From an uncultured Planctomycetota bacterium (lineage in GTDB: Bacteria > Planctomycetota > Planctomycetia > Isosphaerales > Isosphaeraceae), in the NCBI GenBank assembly GCA_963823665.1, contig CAWGMQ010000003.1, positions 1,504,001 through 1,568,000 on the forward strand: a DNA stretch of 64,000 nt. The letters run 5' to 3'. Under the pieces are notes generated by a model. The model was not told the origin of the DNA. It did not search any database and was given only the letters and a program-made list of their open reading frames with translations. Numbering within the stretch: the stretch's first letter is position 1; each line of letters begins with the position of its first letter. Positions 55,046 through 64,000 of the stretch are shown one piece after another. The translations under genes and the position numbers were made by a program.

Positions 55046-55804
55046 CTAGAGCGTGTCCGCTCGCTTCTTGATCTTGATCACAATGGGTGGCGGGACGGCA
55101 GTGTCTGCGTAGCTAGTGTCCGCCCTCCAATTGCTCAGCTTCTCCTTGACCGGATCACATCCCTCGACTTCGAGCTCCAATTGCCAATTCGAGTAGTACA
55201 CAGTGTAGACAACGTCGCCAAAGAAGTAGATGAGTTCGTCGCAGCCCGGCTGGAACGTCAGAGACGCTCGCCCGTCCGGTCCGGTTTCCAGGTCATGACG
55301 AGTATTCCGGCCGGACAACGTGAGCTTTGCTCGCGGAACGGGAGCCCTTGTTTCGGCATCAACGATGACGAACGTGGTCGGCACCGCTCGGCCCCCGTAG
55401 CATTGAGTGATGGAGCCTATAGGTTGCCGCAAGATCTGCGCGACCTGCGCAAGCGCAAAGCAGGCTAGGGACGCAGCCGCCACCGTAGCCATCATCCCGC
55501 GCACCGTGAATCGCACGCGGGTGGTGCCCTCGCCATAGAGGACGCTGTCACCCACCCGTAGGACCAGGCAACGGAGCAGGAGCCAAGGCCAGACGCGGAC
55601 ATCGACGACACCGCGCTGTCCGCCCAGCTCGAACTCGAACCGAGGGACGAACCAATACCAGCACCACTTGCGAATCACGTTGCCATCAACCGAGATTTTG
55701 TCAGCGAGGCCCCTGCCGTTGTACTCGATGATGTGGACGCGATCGGACAGCCTGAATTCGATGCGGCGGCGTAGCCAGCCACGACCGATCAGCCTTGCCG
55801 ACAT
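55046..55804 (-). CDS. Hypothetical protein, apparently chimeric, with an internal leader/TM
   Basis: Beta-rich N-terminal domain, then RFTVRGMMATVAAASLACF, then a carboxypeptidase-regulatory-like segment (ETGPDGRA). Confidence 0.6.
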   Translation of the reverse strand: MSARLIGRGWLRRRIEFRLSDRVHIIEYNGRGLADKISVDGNVIRKWCWYWFVPRFEFELGGQRGVVDVRVWPWLLLRCLVLRVGDSVLYGEGTTRVRFTVRGMMATVAAASLACFALAQVAQILRQPIGSITQCYGGRAVPTTFVIVDAETRAPVPRAKLTLSGRNTRHDLETGPDGRASLTFQPGCDELIYFFGDVVYTVYYSNWQLELEVEGCDPVKEKLSNWRADTSYADTAVPPPIVIKIKKRADTL

Positions 55805-56097
55805 GAGTGGGTTCCCCGGGCCACCAACGAGTGGTTGTGTCCGTTCGACCTGAATCTCATCAACGTCGCCAACCGCTCGCCTGAAGGGGCTTGATTCAGT
55901 CTACACGTCGCGGTTCCCGCCAAGCGCCAGGGAGCGAGTGTCGAGTCTCAACAATGGATCACCCGTGCCACTTCGCGATATCGTCGCGCGCCTGAGTGTC
56001 AGCGCCAACTATCGTTCAGCGTTTACGCGGTTGGGACGGCTTGGGCGGATCCGGCTCGACGGGCAGCCTGGGAGGCCATTCGGCGCTCTCGGATCCA

Positions 56098-56790
56098 TTA
56101 CAGATCACGAATGGCCTTCAGGACTGACGACGGCGGATTCGGTTCCTTTTCACCCTGGCCGTGCCGGATGATGCGACATGAAAAATACTTCAGCTCCGAG
56201 TAGAACCCGAAGCTGAACGCCATCGCCGGCATGTCTGGGAATGCTTCCTTGTATGCTGCCCCCGGAACCCCGCGGTAGCTGCCGATCTCGATGCCGCGCA
56301 ACTCCCAGACGTCGCCGGGGGCTGAACGAACAAGGTCTGGCTTCTCAAGTTGACTCCTGATCGGCGATACGAGCGAACCGCGGAAATCAACGGGTTTCTC
56401 TAGCCGCTTACCGTTAACAGACGTGACCAGGAACCTGGGCGAGGTTTCCTTGATTAACACCTCGTGACCGGACGCATCCCACCACGACCACTTGCCTTGG
56501 ACTGTGAGCACCTCACCAAGAGGCAAGCCGAGAGACCCGACAATCTCCACACCGTTTCCGATGTCCGCTGCTCGAACCCGGAGCGCTGCGGGCGCCTTGC
56601 GTTCTTGAGCCTGAAGGCGTGCTGCGCCCGTGTAGCCCTCGTAACAAGGTGGCGTCAGAGAAACGACGATCACGAGGACCACCGAGGTGCGCCGCAAGAA
56701 GCAACCGACCGATCGGCGGCTGGTTATCGAGACATCGCCTCGCATGTTCGATCCGTGCTTGCGGTTGAGCGAGGCTCGGTCACGTTTCAT
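56098..56790 (-). CDS. Hypothetical exported protein
   Basis: Hydrophobic segment followed by a beta-rich body; the start is uncertain. Confidence 0.55.
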   Translation of the reverse strand: MKRDRASLNRKHGSNMRGDVSITSRRSVGCFLRRTSVVLVIVVSLTPPCYEGYTGAARLQAQERKAPAALRVRAADIGNGVEIVGSLGLPLGEVLTVQGKWSWWDASGHEVLIKETSPRFLVTSVNGKRLEKPVDFRGSLVSPIRSQLEKPDLVRSAPGDVWELRGIEIGSYRGVPGAAYKEAFPDMPAMAFSFGFYSELKYFSCRIIRHGQGEKEPNPPSSVLKAIRDL

Positions 56791-56891
56791 CGTGGGGCTC
56801 CTTTGTTGTGTTGCGTGTCGTTGAAGCCGTAGATCGCCCGCTGTGCGTTTCAATATCGTCTCGCGCCGGGGGCCGTCGCGCCAACCAGGAC

Positions 56892-57299
56892 TCATAACGG
56901 AGGTCGCGATTCAATTGTCGGACGCCTTCTGCGGCTCCTGTTCACGAGGAAACGGCCAATCGCGAAGATGATCAAGGCAAGCATTAAGGCGGCGAGGGCC
57001 TTCTCGATCCTGGCGGCTGAGTGTTTGTACTCTCCGGCGATTTTCATCTGTTCCATGCCCGGCGGTGTCGGCTGATAGAACGACACGCCTCTTTGGCCTG
57101 GGATCCTACGTGCGATCGTGCCGACAGGCCCCGGTCCGGTGATCGAGATCGGATTGAAGAACTGGAACGCCTGGGATTCATGACGGGCAGCAATCATCCG
57201 GAGTCTCTGGCTGTACGCGAGAAGGCCAAAGAACAAGCCCACGATCGCCACCGCGATCATCATCCGCCGGATCGTGAACCGAAAGGAGGGCAATCGCAT
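56892..57299 (-). CDS. Hypothetical membrane protein with RFTIRRMM leader
   Basis: MRLPSFRFTIRRMMIAVAIVGLFFG plus a C-terminal TM. Confidence 0.7.
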   Translation of the reverse strand: MRLPSFRFTIRRMMIAVAIVGLFFGLLAYSQRLRMIAARHESQAFQFFNPISITGPGPVGTIARRIPGQRGVSFYQPTPPGMEQMKIAGEYKHSAARIEKALAALMLALIIFAIGRFLVNRSRRRRPTIESRPPL

Positions 57300-57365
57300 G
57301 CCAGGATCTCCGATACCGAGCGTCGACGCTGATGGCACGTCTCAGCAATAGATGGAGCCATTCGC

Positions 57366-57809
57366 TCAATCGGAAAGCGGTGTGGGGTTGGAGAGTAACC
57401 AGGGACGCGAGGCCTTTCGCTCGAACATCCGCCTAATCGCACCGTCCTTTGCCGCTTCCTGATTGCACATGGCGATCAACCGAGCGACCGTCGCGTCATC
57501 GGCGAGATTCTTGGTCCCCAGCGGGTAGTAGATTCGAGGCGAAGGCCCGTGGGTCACGAATTTGACGGCAGTGCCATCGGGTAAAAGAGCATCCACGATC
57601 CGGGATTGCGGCTGACGCTGCACGCCGGCGAGATCGAGAGCGAGGTCCGCGTAGAACGCCTCCATGTGGGCGTGCGGCGCCGCCTGCTCGAGGTAGAACT
57701 CCCGTCTCCTCCACATCCTTTCTGCTCCAAAGCAAAGGGCGGCGACCGCCACCGCGAGCATCATCGATCGAAGTTTGAAAGTCAATCGCTTATGGCTCAT
57801 GGCATTCAT
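57366..57809 (-). CDS. Hypothetical protein with FKLRSMM leader
   Basis: LTFKLRSMMLAVAVAALCFG; C-terminal ASRPWL..P.P. Confidence 0.7.
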   Translation of the reverse strand: MNAMSHKRLTFKLRSMMLAVAVAALCFGAERMWRRREFYLEQAAPHAHMEAFYADLALDLAGVQRQPQSRIVDALLPDGTAVKFVTHGPSPRIYYPLGTKNLADDATVARLIAMCNQEAAKDGAIRRMFERKASRPWLLSNPTPLSD

Positions 57810-57830
57810 CGGAGACGCGATGCCGACCTG

Positions 57831-58739
57831 CTAATAGGATTCAAACGCGGAATGGATCTGGCCGTCGGTGTCGCGATAGATGTAGATCGATCCCAGATCG
57901 CCGAACATCAATTGATTGTCATCGTCGTCTATCGTGCCGTTTTCGTAATCCGCGTCTAACCCGTATCCTAAACCGAGAGGCTCGGGACTGTTGACCCAGG
58001 GATATGGTACGTGCGGGGCTGCCTGGATCGAGGCGAGCTGGCACAGGAACTGGCCCGACGCTCCCTCTCCGCGCTGGACGAAATGAGGCCACCCCCCGAT
58101 CTTCGTGGCATTCAGGACCGGCAGGTTATAGCTCGTGGCGGCGTCGACTTCTTCCAACTTCTCAACTGCGTCGGGATAATCCGCCGTCCGGTAGATCGCA
58201 CCAAAGAACGGACCGCTAGTGTCTGCGATCAGGTCTGGATCGAATTCCGTCCGGAAGTGTGAACCCAATGCAACCCACTCGAACTGGACCTGCATCGGGT
58301 GCCAGTACCAATCCGGTTCGTCAGCGACAAACAGCAAAAGCAATTCTCCGGGCAACGTCCCGACCAGGTCTGTCGAGTCGGCAAAGTTGAACTGAGCGAA
58401 GAACTTATACGGATTCCCGGCACGATCGGTCGGCCACTTCCGGCTTACAGGCCAAAGCGGCTTGCCACCAATATGCGTGCAGTCTGGACGAGGAGGCTCG
58501 CCTTTTCCAAAGACGAATACATCGGCCGGAACCGCGCGTCCTGTGCGCAGGTTAAATCGATCGCGAAGCGTTTCAACGGAGAACAAATCGTGTGGACTGG
58601 TAATCCACTCGCCGCCGATGTTCTTGTCGTGTCCGGCACGAGTGTAAACGCCGCGGGCGTTCGCCAAATCAAACTCGGGCTGGTGCTTCTTCGAGTCTGG
58701 GACGAGCATCGTGGTCTCCTCACGTCCCGTATTATTCAT
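57831..58739 (-). CDS. DUF1963/YwqG-like protein
   Basis: THIGGKPLWP, FFAQFNF, TKIGGWPHFVQ, FLCQL, MFGDLGSIYI. Confidence 0.8.
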   Translation of the reverse strand: MNNTGREETTMLVPDSKKHQPEFDLANARGVYTRAGHDKNIGGEWITSPHDLFSVETLRDRFNLRTGRAVPADVFVFGKGEPPRPDCTHIGGKPLWPVSRKWPTDRAGNPYKFFAQFNFADSTDLVGTLPGELLLLFVADEPDWYWHPMQVQFEWVALGSHFRTEFDPDLIADTSGPFFGAIYRTADYPDAVEKLEEVDAATSYNLPVLNATKIGGWPHFVQRGEGASGQFLCQLASIQAAPHVPYPWVNSPEPLGLGYGLDADYENGTIDDDDNQLMFGDLGSIYIYRDTDGQIHSAFESY

Positions 58740-58775
58740 CCACGACTGACCGTAACTTCAGGGAATAATCTTATT

Positions 58776-59816
58776 TTATCTTATTCTGCGAACGGTCCGC
58801 GGCTCAGGGTCCGCCGGATCCAGAACGAATGAGTCGAAATGTGCACGGATGATGCGTGTGTTGGCCAGCGTCTGCTGGAGCTCTTGGATTCCGTCATCGC
58901 TGATTCGGGTACCCGTGACATACAGCCATTGAAGGCGGTTCAATCGCTTGAGACGGGGCAACGCGGCGTCGCTGACTGCGGTGTGGTCGAGGTCCAGCAT
59001 GCCCAGGCGGGTCATGCCCGTGAGGGACGCCAATGCGGCATCGTTGATCTGGCTACCTGGCAGTCTCAAGTTTCCGAGACCGACGAGGCCTTTCAGGTGC
59101 TCCACCCCGGAATTACCGACTCGTGTACCGGCGAGCGAAAGCGTGAAGAGAGCCGTGTGGCCGTTCAGGCTTTCCATGCCGGCATCGCTGACTTGGGTCC
59201 GGTCGAGATTAAGCTGCTTGAGGCTCGCTATATGCCGTAAATGCACCAATCCGGGGTCGCCGATCTTGGTGTCGTCAAGGGAAAGCCGTTTGAGCGACAC
59301 AAACGCCTTCAGGTGCGCCAGACCTGCATCGGTGATTTTTGTCTGGGACAGGTCGAGGCGTTCCAGGCTGGACAGTCCTCTGAGGTGCGCTATCCCGACG
59401 TCAGTCACGGGCGAACGGGCGAGATTCAGGCAATCAAGCTGACTGAGGCGGGCGACCTGGACCAGATCCGCGTCGCTTGCGTGTTCGGTGAGCTCGACGC
59501 GAGTGACGTGACCGAAGTAGTCGATCCCGATCAAGTCCACCAGCCACGTCGGCCACCGGAGCTTGCCGTTGGCGATGGGCTCGCCGTTCTTCCATTGCCA
59601 GTCGTACATCGCGCTGCCGTTGGCCCGCCGAATCGCGGCCACAGCATCACGCTGGATGTGCGCACTCCGCACCAGCCAGCCCAGAACTGCCCCGATCAGC
59701 AAGATCAGGCAAACGAGTCCGCGGACGCTGAAACGCAGCAAGGATCGCCAGGGGCGTCGAGTGGGTTGCCCGGCCAATTCAACCTCCTGAACCGCAAGGC
59801 TCCAACTGTGATTCAT
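58776..59816 (-). CDS. Leucine-rich-repeat membrane-anchored protein (paralogue of 23201..24148)
   Basis: RFSVRGLVCLILLIG leader, IQRDAVAAI, 24-aa LRRs. Confidence 0.9.
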   Translation of the reverse strand: MNHSWSLAVQEVELAGQPTRRPWRSLLRFSVRGLVCLILLIGAVLGWLVRSAHIQRDAVAAIRRANGSAMYDWQWKNGEPIANGKLRWPTWLVDLIGIDYFGHVTRVELTEHASDADLVQVARLSQLDCLNLARSPVTDVGIAHLRGLSSLERLDLSQTKITDAGLAHLKAFVSLKRLSLDDTKIGDPGLVHLRHIASLKQLNLDRTQVSDAGMESLNGHTALFTLSLAGTRVGNSGVEHLKGLVGLGNLRLPGSQINDAALASLTGMTRLGMLDLDHTAVSDAALPRLKRLNRLQWLYVTGTRISDDGIQELQQTLANTRIIRAHFDSFVLDPADPEPRTVRRIR

Positions 59817-59825
59817 CTTATCCGC

Positions 59826-60494
59826 TCAGCGAGGTGCAGTACCCTCATCGAGCGGCCGCTCGCCGCTGGCAAGCGCCGGGTGCGACTCGGTCGCCCCACC
59901 ACCCGGATGGAGCGTCAGATAGTATCCGCCCTTCTCCCGGTACGCTTGGTTGTTGGTCTCCATCAGCCGCAATTCGGCGTTTACCATCTCGGCGAACGTC
60001 TCGGCGACCTGTCTCGGCTCGCGCTCGGTCTCGGTCCACTGCATCGGCGGGCTATCGAACGCACCGGTGGCCAGATGATACACGAAGGTGTAACCGTGAT
60101 GAAACAAGAACACGACAGCGTCACGAGGCAGGGTCAGTGCTGGGTCAGTCTCGGCCATCAACTCCAGCGCGTCGTATCGAAATTGCTCAAAGTCTGCGAT
60201 TCCTGCCAAATGACTGCCGCGAAACAGATCGCCGGGCGACTTGGCCATCTCCCGCAAGTAGGTTCGGAACACAGCCGGGAAACAGATGCCCAGGCGTGCC
60301 TCAGCGTCCGTGATCTCGCGTGCAGAGTAGCCGGCGAACGTGGTCAGTCGGCGATGATGCTGCTCGATGAGCTCGGGGGGCGTGTCTCGGAAGACGTACG
60401 GTGGATTCTCGGCCATCGCGACGAGCCGCCGCTTCCAGTCCGCGACGACCGAAGTTGCATCGATCAGCCTCAGCCTCCGTAGCCGTTGGGCCAC
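59826..60494 (-). CDS. SMI1/KNR4 (SUKH) family protein
   Basis: GYSAREITDAEARLGICFPAVFRTYL, VVFLFHHGY, DSPP, AETFAE. Confidence 0.85.
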   Translation of the reverse strand: MAQRLRRLRLIDATSVVADWKRRLVAMAENPPYVFRDTPPELIEQHHRRLTTFAGYSAREITDAEARLGICFPAVFRTYLREMAKSPGDLFRGSHLAGIADFEQFRYDALELMAETDPALTLPRDAVVFLFHHGYTFVYHLATGAFDSPPMQWTETEREPRQVAETFAEMVNAELRLMETNNQAYREKGGYYLTLHPGGGATESHPALASGERPLDEGTAPR

Positions 60495-60865
60495 ATCTCG
60501 AGCGTCGAAGCGTAGATCCCACTAAAGGCCCACACACAAGTCGCCATTGAGAGGATGGCCCAGACAACCATCAAAGTGGCAAACACGCTTCCCGCATGTC
60601 GTCTCGCCCGGGGAAAGTCGCAGATGAGGAGACTGATCAGAGAGCCCACGCCCGCTCCGGCGGTCATCAGCGTGACGAAGAGTGTGATGCTAAGCCAGGT
60701 TGACCATACCTGGTAGATGGTCAGCCCACCCGGCCAGCCGTTCGCCCAACCTGGAGCAAAGAAGAACGGGAAGCTCAAGATGGCCTCGGCCAGGAGGGCT
60801 GAACAGCAGAGGACGAAAAGCCGACCGTAGTTTGCGGGGGCCAGAGGACGCGTTGCTTTGTTCAT
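60470..60865 (-). CDS. Hypothetical membrane protein with three TMs
   Basis: Three hydrophobic segments; overlaps both neighbours. Confidence 0.6.
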   Translation of the reverse strand: MNKATRPLAPANYGRLFVLCCSALLAEAILSFPFFFAPGWANGWPGGLTIYQVWSTWLSITLFVTLMTAGAGVGSLISLLICDFPRARRHAGSVFATLMVVWAILSMATCVWAFSGIYASTLEMWPNGYGG

Positions 60866-61482
60866 GATGGCCGCCTTCTATCCGCGTCAGCGGCCGCGAC
60901 GCGACGCGTGGCCCAACCGCCGAGTGACTTGAGAATCCGATCTTTAGCTCCGTTTCGGTTCGCCGCCGGAGGGGGGATTGATAGCCGCCGACGCAGGTAG
61001 ATTCGCTGGACAAGGCCGATCTCTCCACGATGAGGACCCGCGACGAACCGAACCAGAATGCGCCTGGAATCATAGCAAGAGTCCTCTTCGGTCGCCCAAT
61101 CCGCCACCACCGCGCCGATGGTACCCGGAGCTATGGGCCAACTCACGCCTTTCCCAAGCCTCGTCCCTTCGAGATCCGAGGGTTCCACCTGCGCACCGTC
61201 CTGTATGACAACTGACTGGTTGGCGGCCAGTTTATCCGTGAATGGCCCCAGGTACGTCCCCTCGCCCCATTGTTCGCCTGTCTGTTCGAACGCAAGCGCT
61301 AATGCGCGATATCGACTTTTATTAGAGACATCGATTGTTGCCTGTCTCCATGCCCACCCGACCGGCGTCGAAGGGAATTCGCGTTCGAATGCCCGCGTGA
61401 CCGCAACTTTGATTCCTAGCAGCACGGCGATCACCGCGACTGCGATCATCGACTGCCGCGTCGTCAGTTGGGGCGGTCGCAC
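60862..61482 (-). CDS. Hypothetical protein with QLTTRQSM leader
   Basis: MRPPQLTTRQSMIAVAVIAVLLG; SD AGGAGG; the 3' end is uncertain. Confidence 0.65.
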   Translation of the reverse strand: MRPPQLTTRQSMIAVAVIAVLLGIKVAVTRAFEREFPSTPVGWAWRQATIDVSNKSRYRALALAFEQTGEQWGEGTYLGPFTDKLAANQSVVIQDGAQVEPSDLEGTRLGKGVSWPIAPGTIGAVVADWATEEDSCYDSRRILVRFVAGPHRGEIGLVQRIYLRRRLSIPPPAANRNGAKDRILKSLGGWATRRVAAADADRRRPS

Positions 61483-61606
61483 GGTTGCCTCCTGGAGAAC
61501 TGACCTTTAATTCAGCCATTCCATCTTCTCGAATCGTTCCGCACTCGGCTGGGCGCGCAAACCATTATCGAGAGCTCACAGGAGCACGTTCGACAAGCCG
61601 GTTTAA

Positions 61607-61999
61607 TCATCTGTCCAGATCGCGGTCCCACAGAGATTCAGCCCGATCCGCCGCCGCCGTGCCATCGAACATTGTATCGAACTTGGCGTCTGACGCGTCT
61701 TCCCAGGCGTCGCCAGGCCGCTGCCTGTATCTTGCCGCGCAGGAAATGCAGCGAAGGAACACGTACTCGAATCCCTCGTCGTCGTCGTCATCGAACCAGC
61801 AGACGATCAGGGCTCGCCGGCCGCAGCCTGGGCACCGATTCATGCGCGTGGGAAGGCGCACGAGCACGAACCCGATGCCATAGAAAATCGCCACGCCGAG
61901 CACGACGGCGCTGAACAGCGCGATCGAAGCAGCGACGATGGTTGCCCTGGTCTCATCGCCGCTCGTCATTTTCAGAAGCCACGTGTAGATTGCACTCAT
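61607..61999 (-). CDS. Hypothetical TM + Zn-ribbon protein
   Basis: TM segment, then CPGC...CISC. Confidence 0.55.
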   Translation of the reverse strand: MSAIYTWLLKMTSGDETRATIVAASIALFSAVVLGVAIFYGIGFVLVRLPTRMNRCPGCGRRALIVCWFDDDDDEGFEYVFLRCISCAARYRQRPGDAWEDASDAKFDTMFDGTAAADRAESLWDRDLDR

Positions 62000-62132
62000 G
62001 GCGACGTGACCCGCATGTGCGTGTGCCGACGACCCTGTGGACGACCCGTTCCACGTTCGCACATCCTTCCATGTCCAGACATCGTCCCGCGCCCGGCCGT
62101 CCGCGCCAACACAAGTTCAGTCGATGCGCCGC

Positions 62133-62672
62133 TCATCCTTCGGGAGGAGGCCTGCCCTCGATCTGCTCGTAATGGTGGCGGGCGCAGTAGATACTTGTCT
62201 TGAGACTCTGGGCGCTGCATCCCGCGGATCGGCAGGGGGGATTTCCCGCGGTCGATTGGTCACGGATGCGCACCCAGAAGACGTCCACCTCGATTGCCGC
62301 CGCGTGGTCGAGCCACGCTGGATGCTCCCCAGCTTCACGGAGAACTGCGACAATCTCCTCACAGATGGACTGGCACTGCGGTGATAGCCGCTCGAGCGCC
62401 TGCTCGTTAAAACCTGGGCCAATGACGAAGTACCAGCCACGGTATTCGCGGTTGGCCAGCGTCTCGACGTACTCGGAGAGCTTATCCCGAAGCTCCGGGG
62501 AAAGAGCCTCCACGCAGTGGGGTATAACTCGCTTCGCACAGTCCCCCGCTTGAACCAACTCCATGACGACTCCACCGACCACCTCCGCGCCGGTGAGGAC
62601 GTTTTTCCGCCAAAAAGCGACCATCCTCCGGATGTTGTCAATCGCAGTCGCTTCAACGTAGGTAAGGTCCAT
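62133..62672 (-). CDS. Hypothetical protein with a Cys/His-rich C-terminus
   Basis: SD GGAG; globular composition; C-terminal CRSAGC...YCARHH. Confidence 0.65.
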   Translation of the reverse strand: MDLTYVEATAIDNIRRMVAFWRKNVLTGAEVVGGVVMELVQAGDCAKRVIPHCVEALSPELRDKLSEYVETLANREYRGWYFVIGPGFNEQALERLSPQCQSICEEIVAVLREAGEHPAWLDHAAAIEVDVFWVRIRDQSTAGNPPCRSAGCSAQSLKTSIYCARHHYEQIEGRPPPEG

Positions 62673-62702
62673 CCGTACTCCATCGCCTGGCTGACGCCGG
62701 CT

Positions 62703-63569
62703 TCAGGGCTTCAAGTCGTCCACACGCTCGTAAACCTCGACACCTTTTTTCTTGCTCGAGAAGCCGGCGGGCGGAGACTCCGGCGAGCCCCTGCTGATCG
62801 TGAGCGTGTCGCCTTCGACCTTGTAGATCACCCAGAACCGGTCGGATCGGCTGTTGAAGCCGGGCACCACGTCGATCATGATCAGCAGCATCGCCTTGGG
62901 CGTCCTGGAAGGCTCGGGCTCCATTTTGCAAATGTAAACGAGATTCGATTTGTTGATCTGGGCCAACTCGTCGGCAACCACGACGAGGGTGAGTGTCGCG
63001 GGGTCCTGTGGATCGACGGACTCTCCGTCGGCCGAGGCCAGTTGCCACCTGCCACGCAACTTCGCCAGGTCTGCCGGCGGCTCGTCGAATCGGCTGTGAG
63101 CGACGACGGTACGGGGAAGCGCCTTGCGCAGCGCCTCGACGCCGCGCCGGCTCACCGCGGTCAAGTTCAGCGCGAGCTTCTTGAGGGACGAGAGTTTCTC
63201 GAGGTGCTTCAAGCCGGCGTCGGTGATCCGCGTGGCCCTGAGGCTCAGCTCGCTCAGGTGCGTCAGGCCTTTCAGGTGAGTTAAGCCCTGATCGGTGAGC
63301 TGCGTGCAGTCCAGGTTCAGCATCTCCAGGGCGGGGAGTTGCTTCAGGGCGCCGGCGATTTCCTTCAGGCCACCGTCTGTCAGCCCGGTGTAGTACCAGT
63401 AGGTGACTGCGACGACGGGCTGGTCGTCATCTAAATCCTTGTGGACAATGTAGCCGTGCTGCTTCTTGATCGTCGCGATGGCCTTGTCCTCGACTGCAAC
63501 TGACCGAGGCGCTCCCGCATGGAGTGAAATCAGCGCACAGAGGCCGACCAGGATTGCCGGGTATCTCAT
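62703..63569 (-). CDS. Secreted LRR protein with a C-terminal TIGR03067-like planctomycete domain
   Basis: Signal peptide; LRRs; DLAKLRGRW...PKAM...IYKVEGDTLTI...PPAGF. Confidence 0.8.
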   Translation of the reverse strand: MRYPAILVGLCALISLHAGAPRSVAVEDKAIATIKKQHGYIVHKDLDDDQPVVAVTYWYYTGLTDGGLKEIAGALKQLPALEMLNLDCTQLTDQGLTHLKGLTHLSELSLRATRITDAGLKHLEKLSSLKKLALNLTAVSRRGVEALRKALPRTVVAHSRFDEPPADLAKLRGRWQLASADGESVDPQDPATLTLVVVADELAQINKSNLVYICKMEPEPSRTPKAMLLIMIDVVPGFNSRSDRFWVIYKVEGDTLTISRGSPESPPAGFSSKKKGVEVYERVDDLKP

Positions 63570-63666
63570 GCATATCCCTGTCGTTGTTTTGGCTGCATCA
63601 GGTGTCTTCCCCAGTCGATCCATCTCGGATTCGGCGTGCGGACGCGGCCGGAACGTGACATCTAGT

Positions 63667-63905
63667 TTACCTGAAAGCGCGGCTCCGCGCGACGACCTCT
63701 TGGCTCGCCATGTGGACGCAGAGGCTATTGAAGCCCATTTCGCTGTACTGCTCCGAATACATGGCTGAGGCAGTCACCCGATCAGAGTCCTGATGGATTG
63801 CCAATGCTGCCACCACGGTCGTATCAACTTCAGTGCCGCGAGAACGACCGCGATAATCGCGACCAAAAGGAGGAGCATTCGCAGCGTGAAGCGGAATCGT
63901 TGCAT
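63667..63905 (-). CDS. Short or frameshifted hypothetical protein with RFTLRMLL leader
   Basis: MQRFRFTLRMLLLLVAIIAVVLAALKLIRPWW from ATG at 63905; probably continues in ORF 63667..63984. Confidence 0.5.
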
Positions 63906-64000
63906 AGCACGAGTCCAACGAGCAATGCGTGGACTGCCTGCGAACTCCCTGAAACACGATACCTTTCCTGACGAGACAATGCATCTTCCGGATATCGCAC

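Noticed and set aside
55046..63905. Integron cassette array
   Set aside because: I saw no recurring attC-like GTTRRRY/RYYYAAC palindromes between the genes, several genes overlap, and there is no integrase.

Overview
A GC-rich bacterial window, very probably from a planctomycete (Isosphaeraceae-like). The evidence is a LEPR-XLL-type protein, BlaR1/M56 and Ser/Thr kinase-FGE fusions, leucine-rich-repeat proteins and 'RF[ST][ILV]RxxM' leaders. Many genes carry single indels and katG carries about 14, which points to uncorrected long-read errors, so most frameshifts should not be read as biology. Contents in order: DoxX and a methyltransferase-like gene; two DUF433/PIN toxin-antitoxin (TA) loci with broken toxins flanking a modular glycoside hydrolase; a 148-bp MITE; a five-gene HlyD/TolC/accessory/lipoprotein/MFS operon; katG; an orphan TIR protein; an S41 peptidase; an HTH/SRPBCC pair; parD with only a toxin stub; a STAND-like ATPase and recQ; a kinase-FGE gene; a GT4-GT4-methyltransferase-NRPS(A-T-TE)-O-methyltransferase cluster directly behind rpsL-rpsG (no fusA); higBA; a lactonase; YciI; blaI/M56; and a 9-kb co-oriented array of small proteins with a shared leader, mixed with SUKH/DUF1963 immunity-like genes. 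I found no rRNA, tRNA or CRISPR array. All family calls come from reading motifs by eye, not from database searches.
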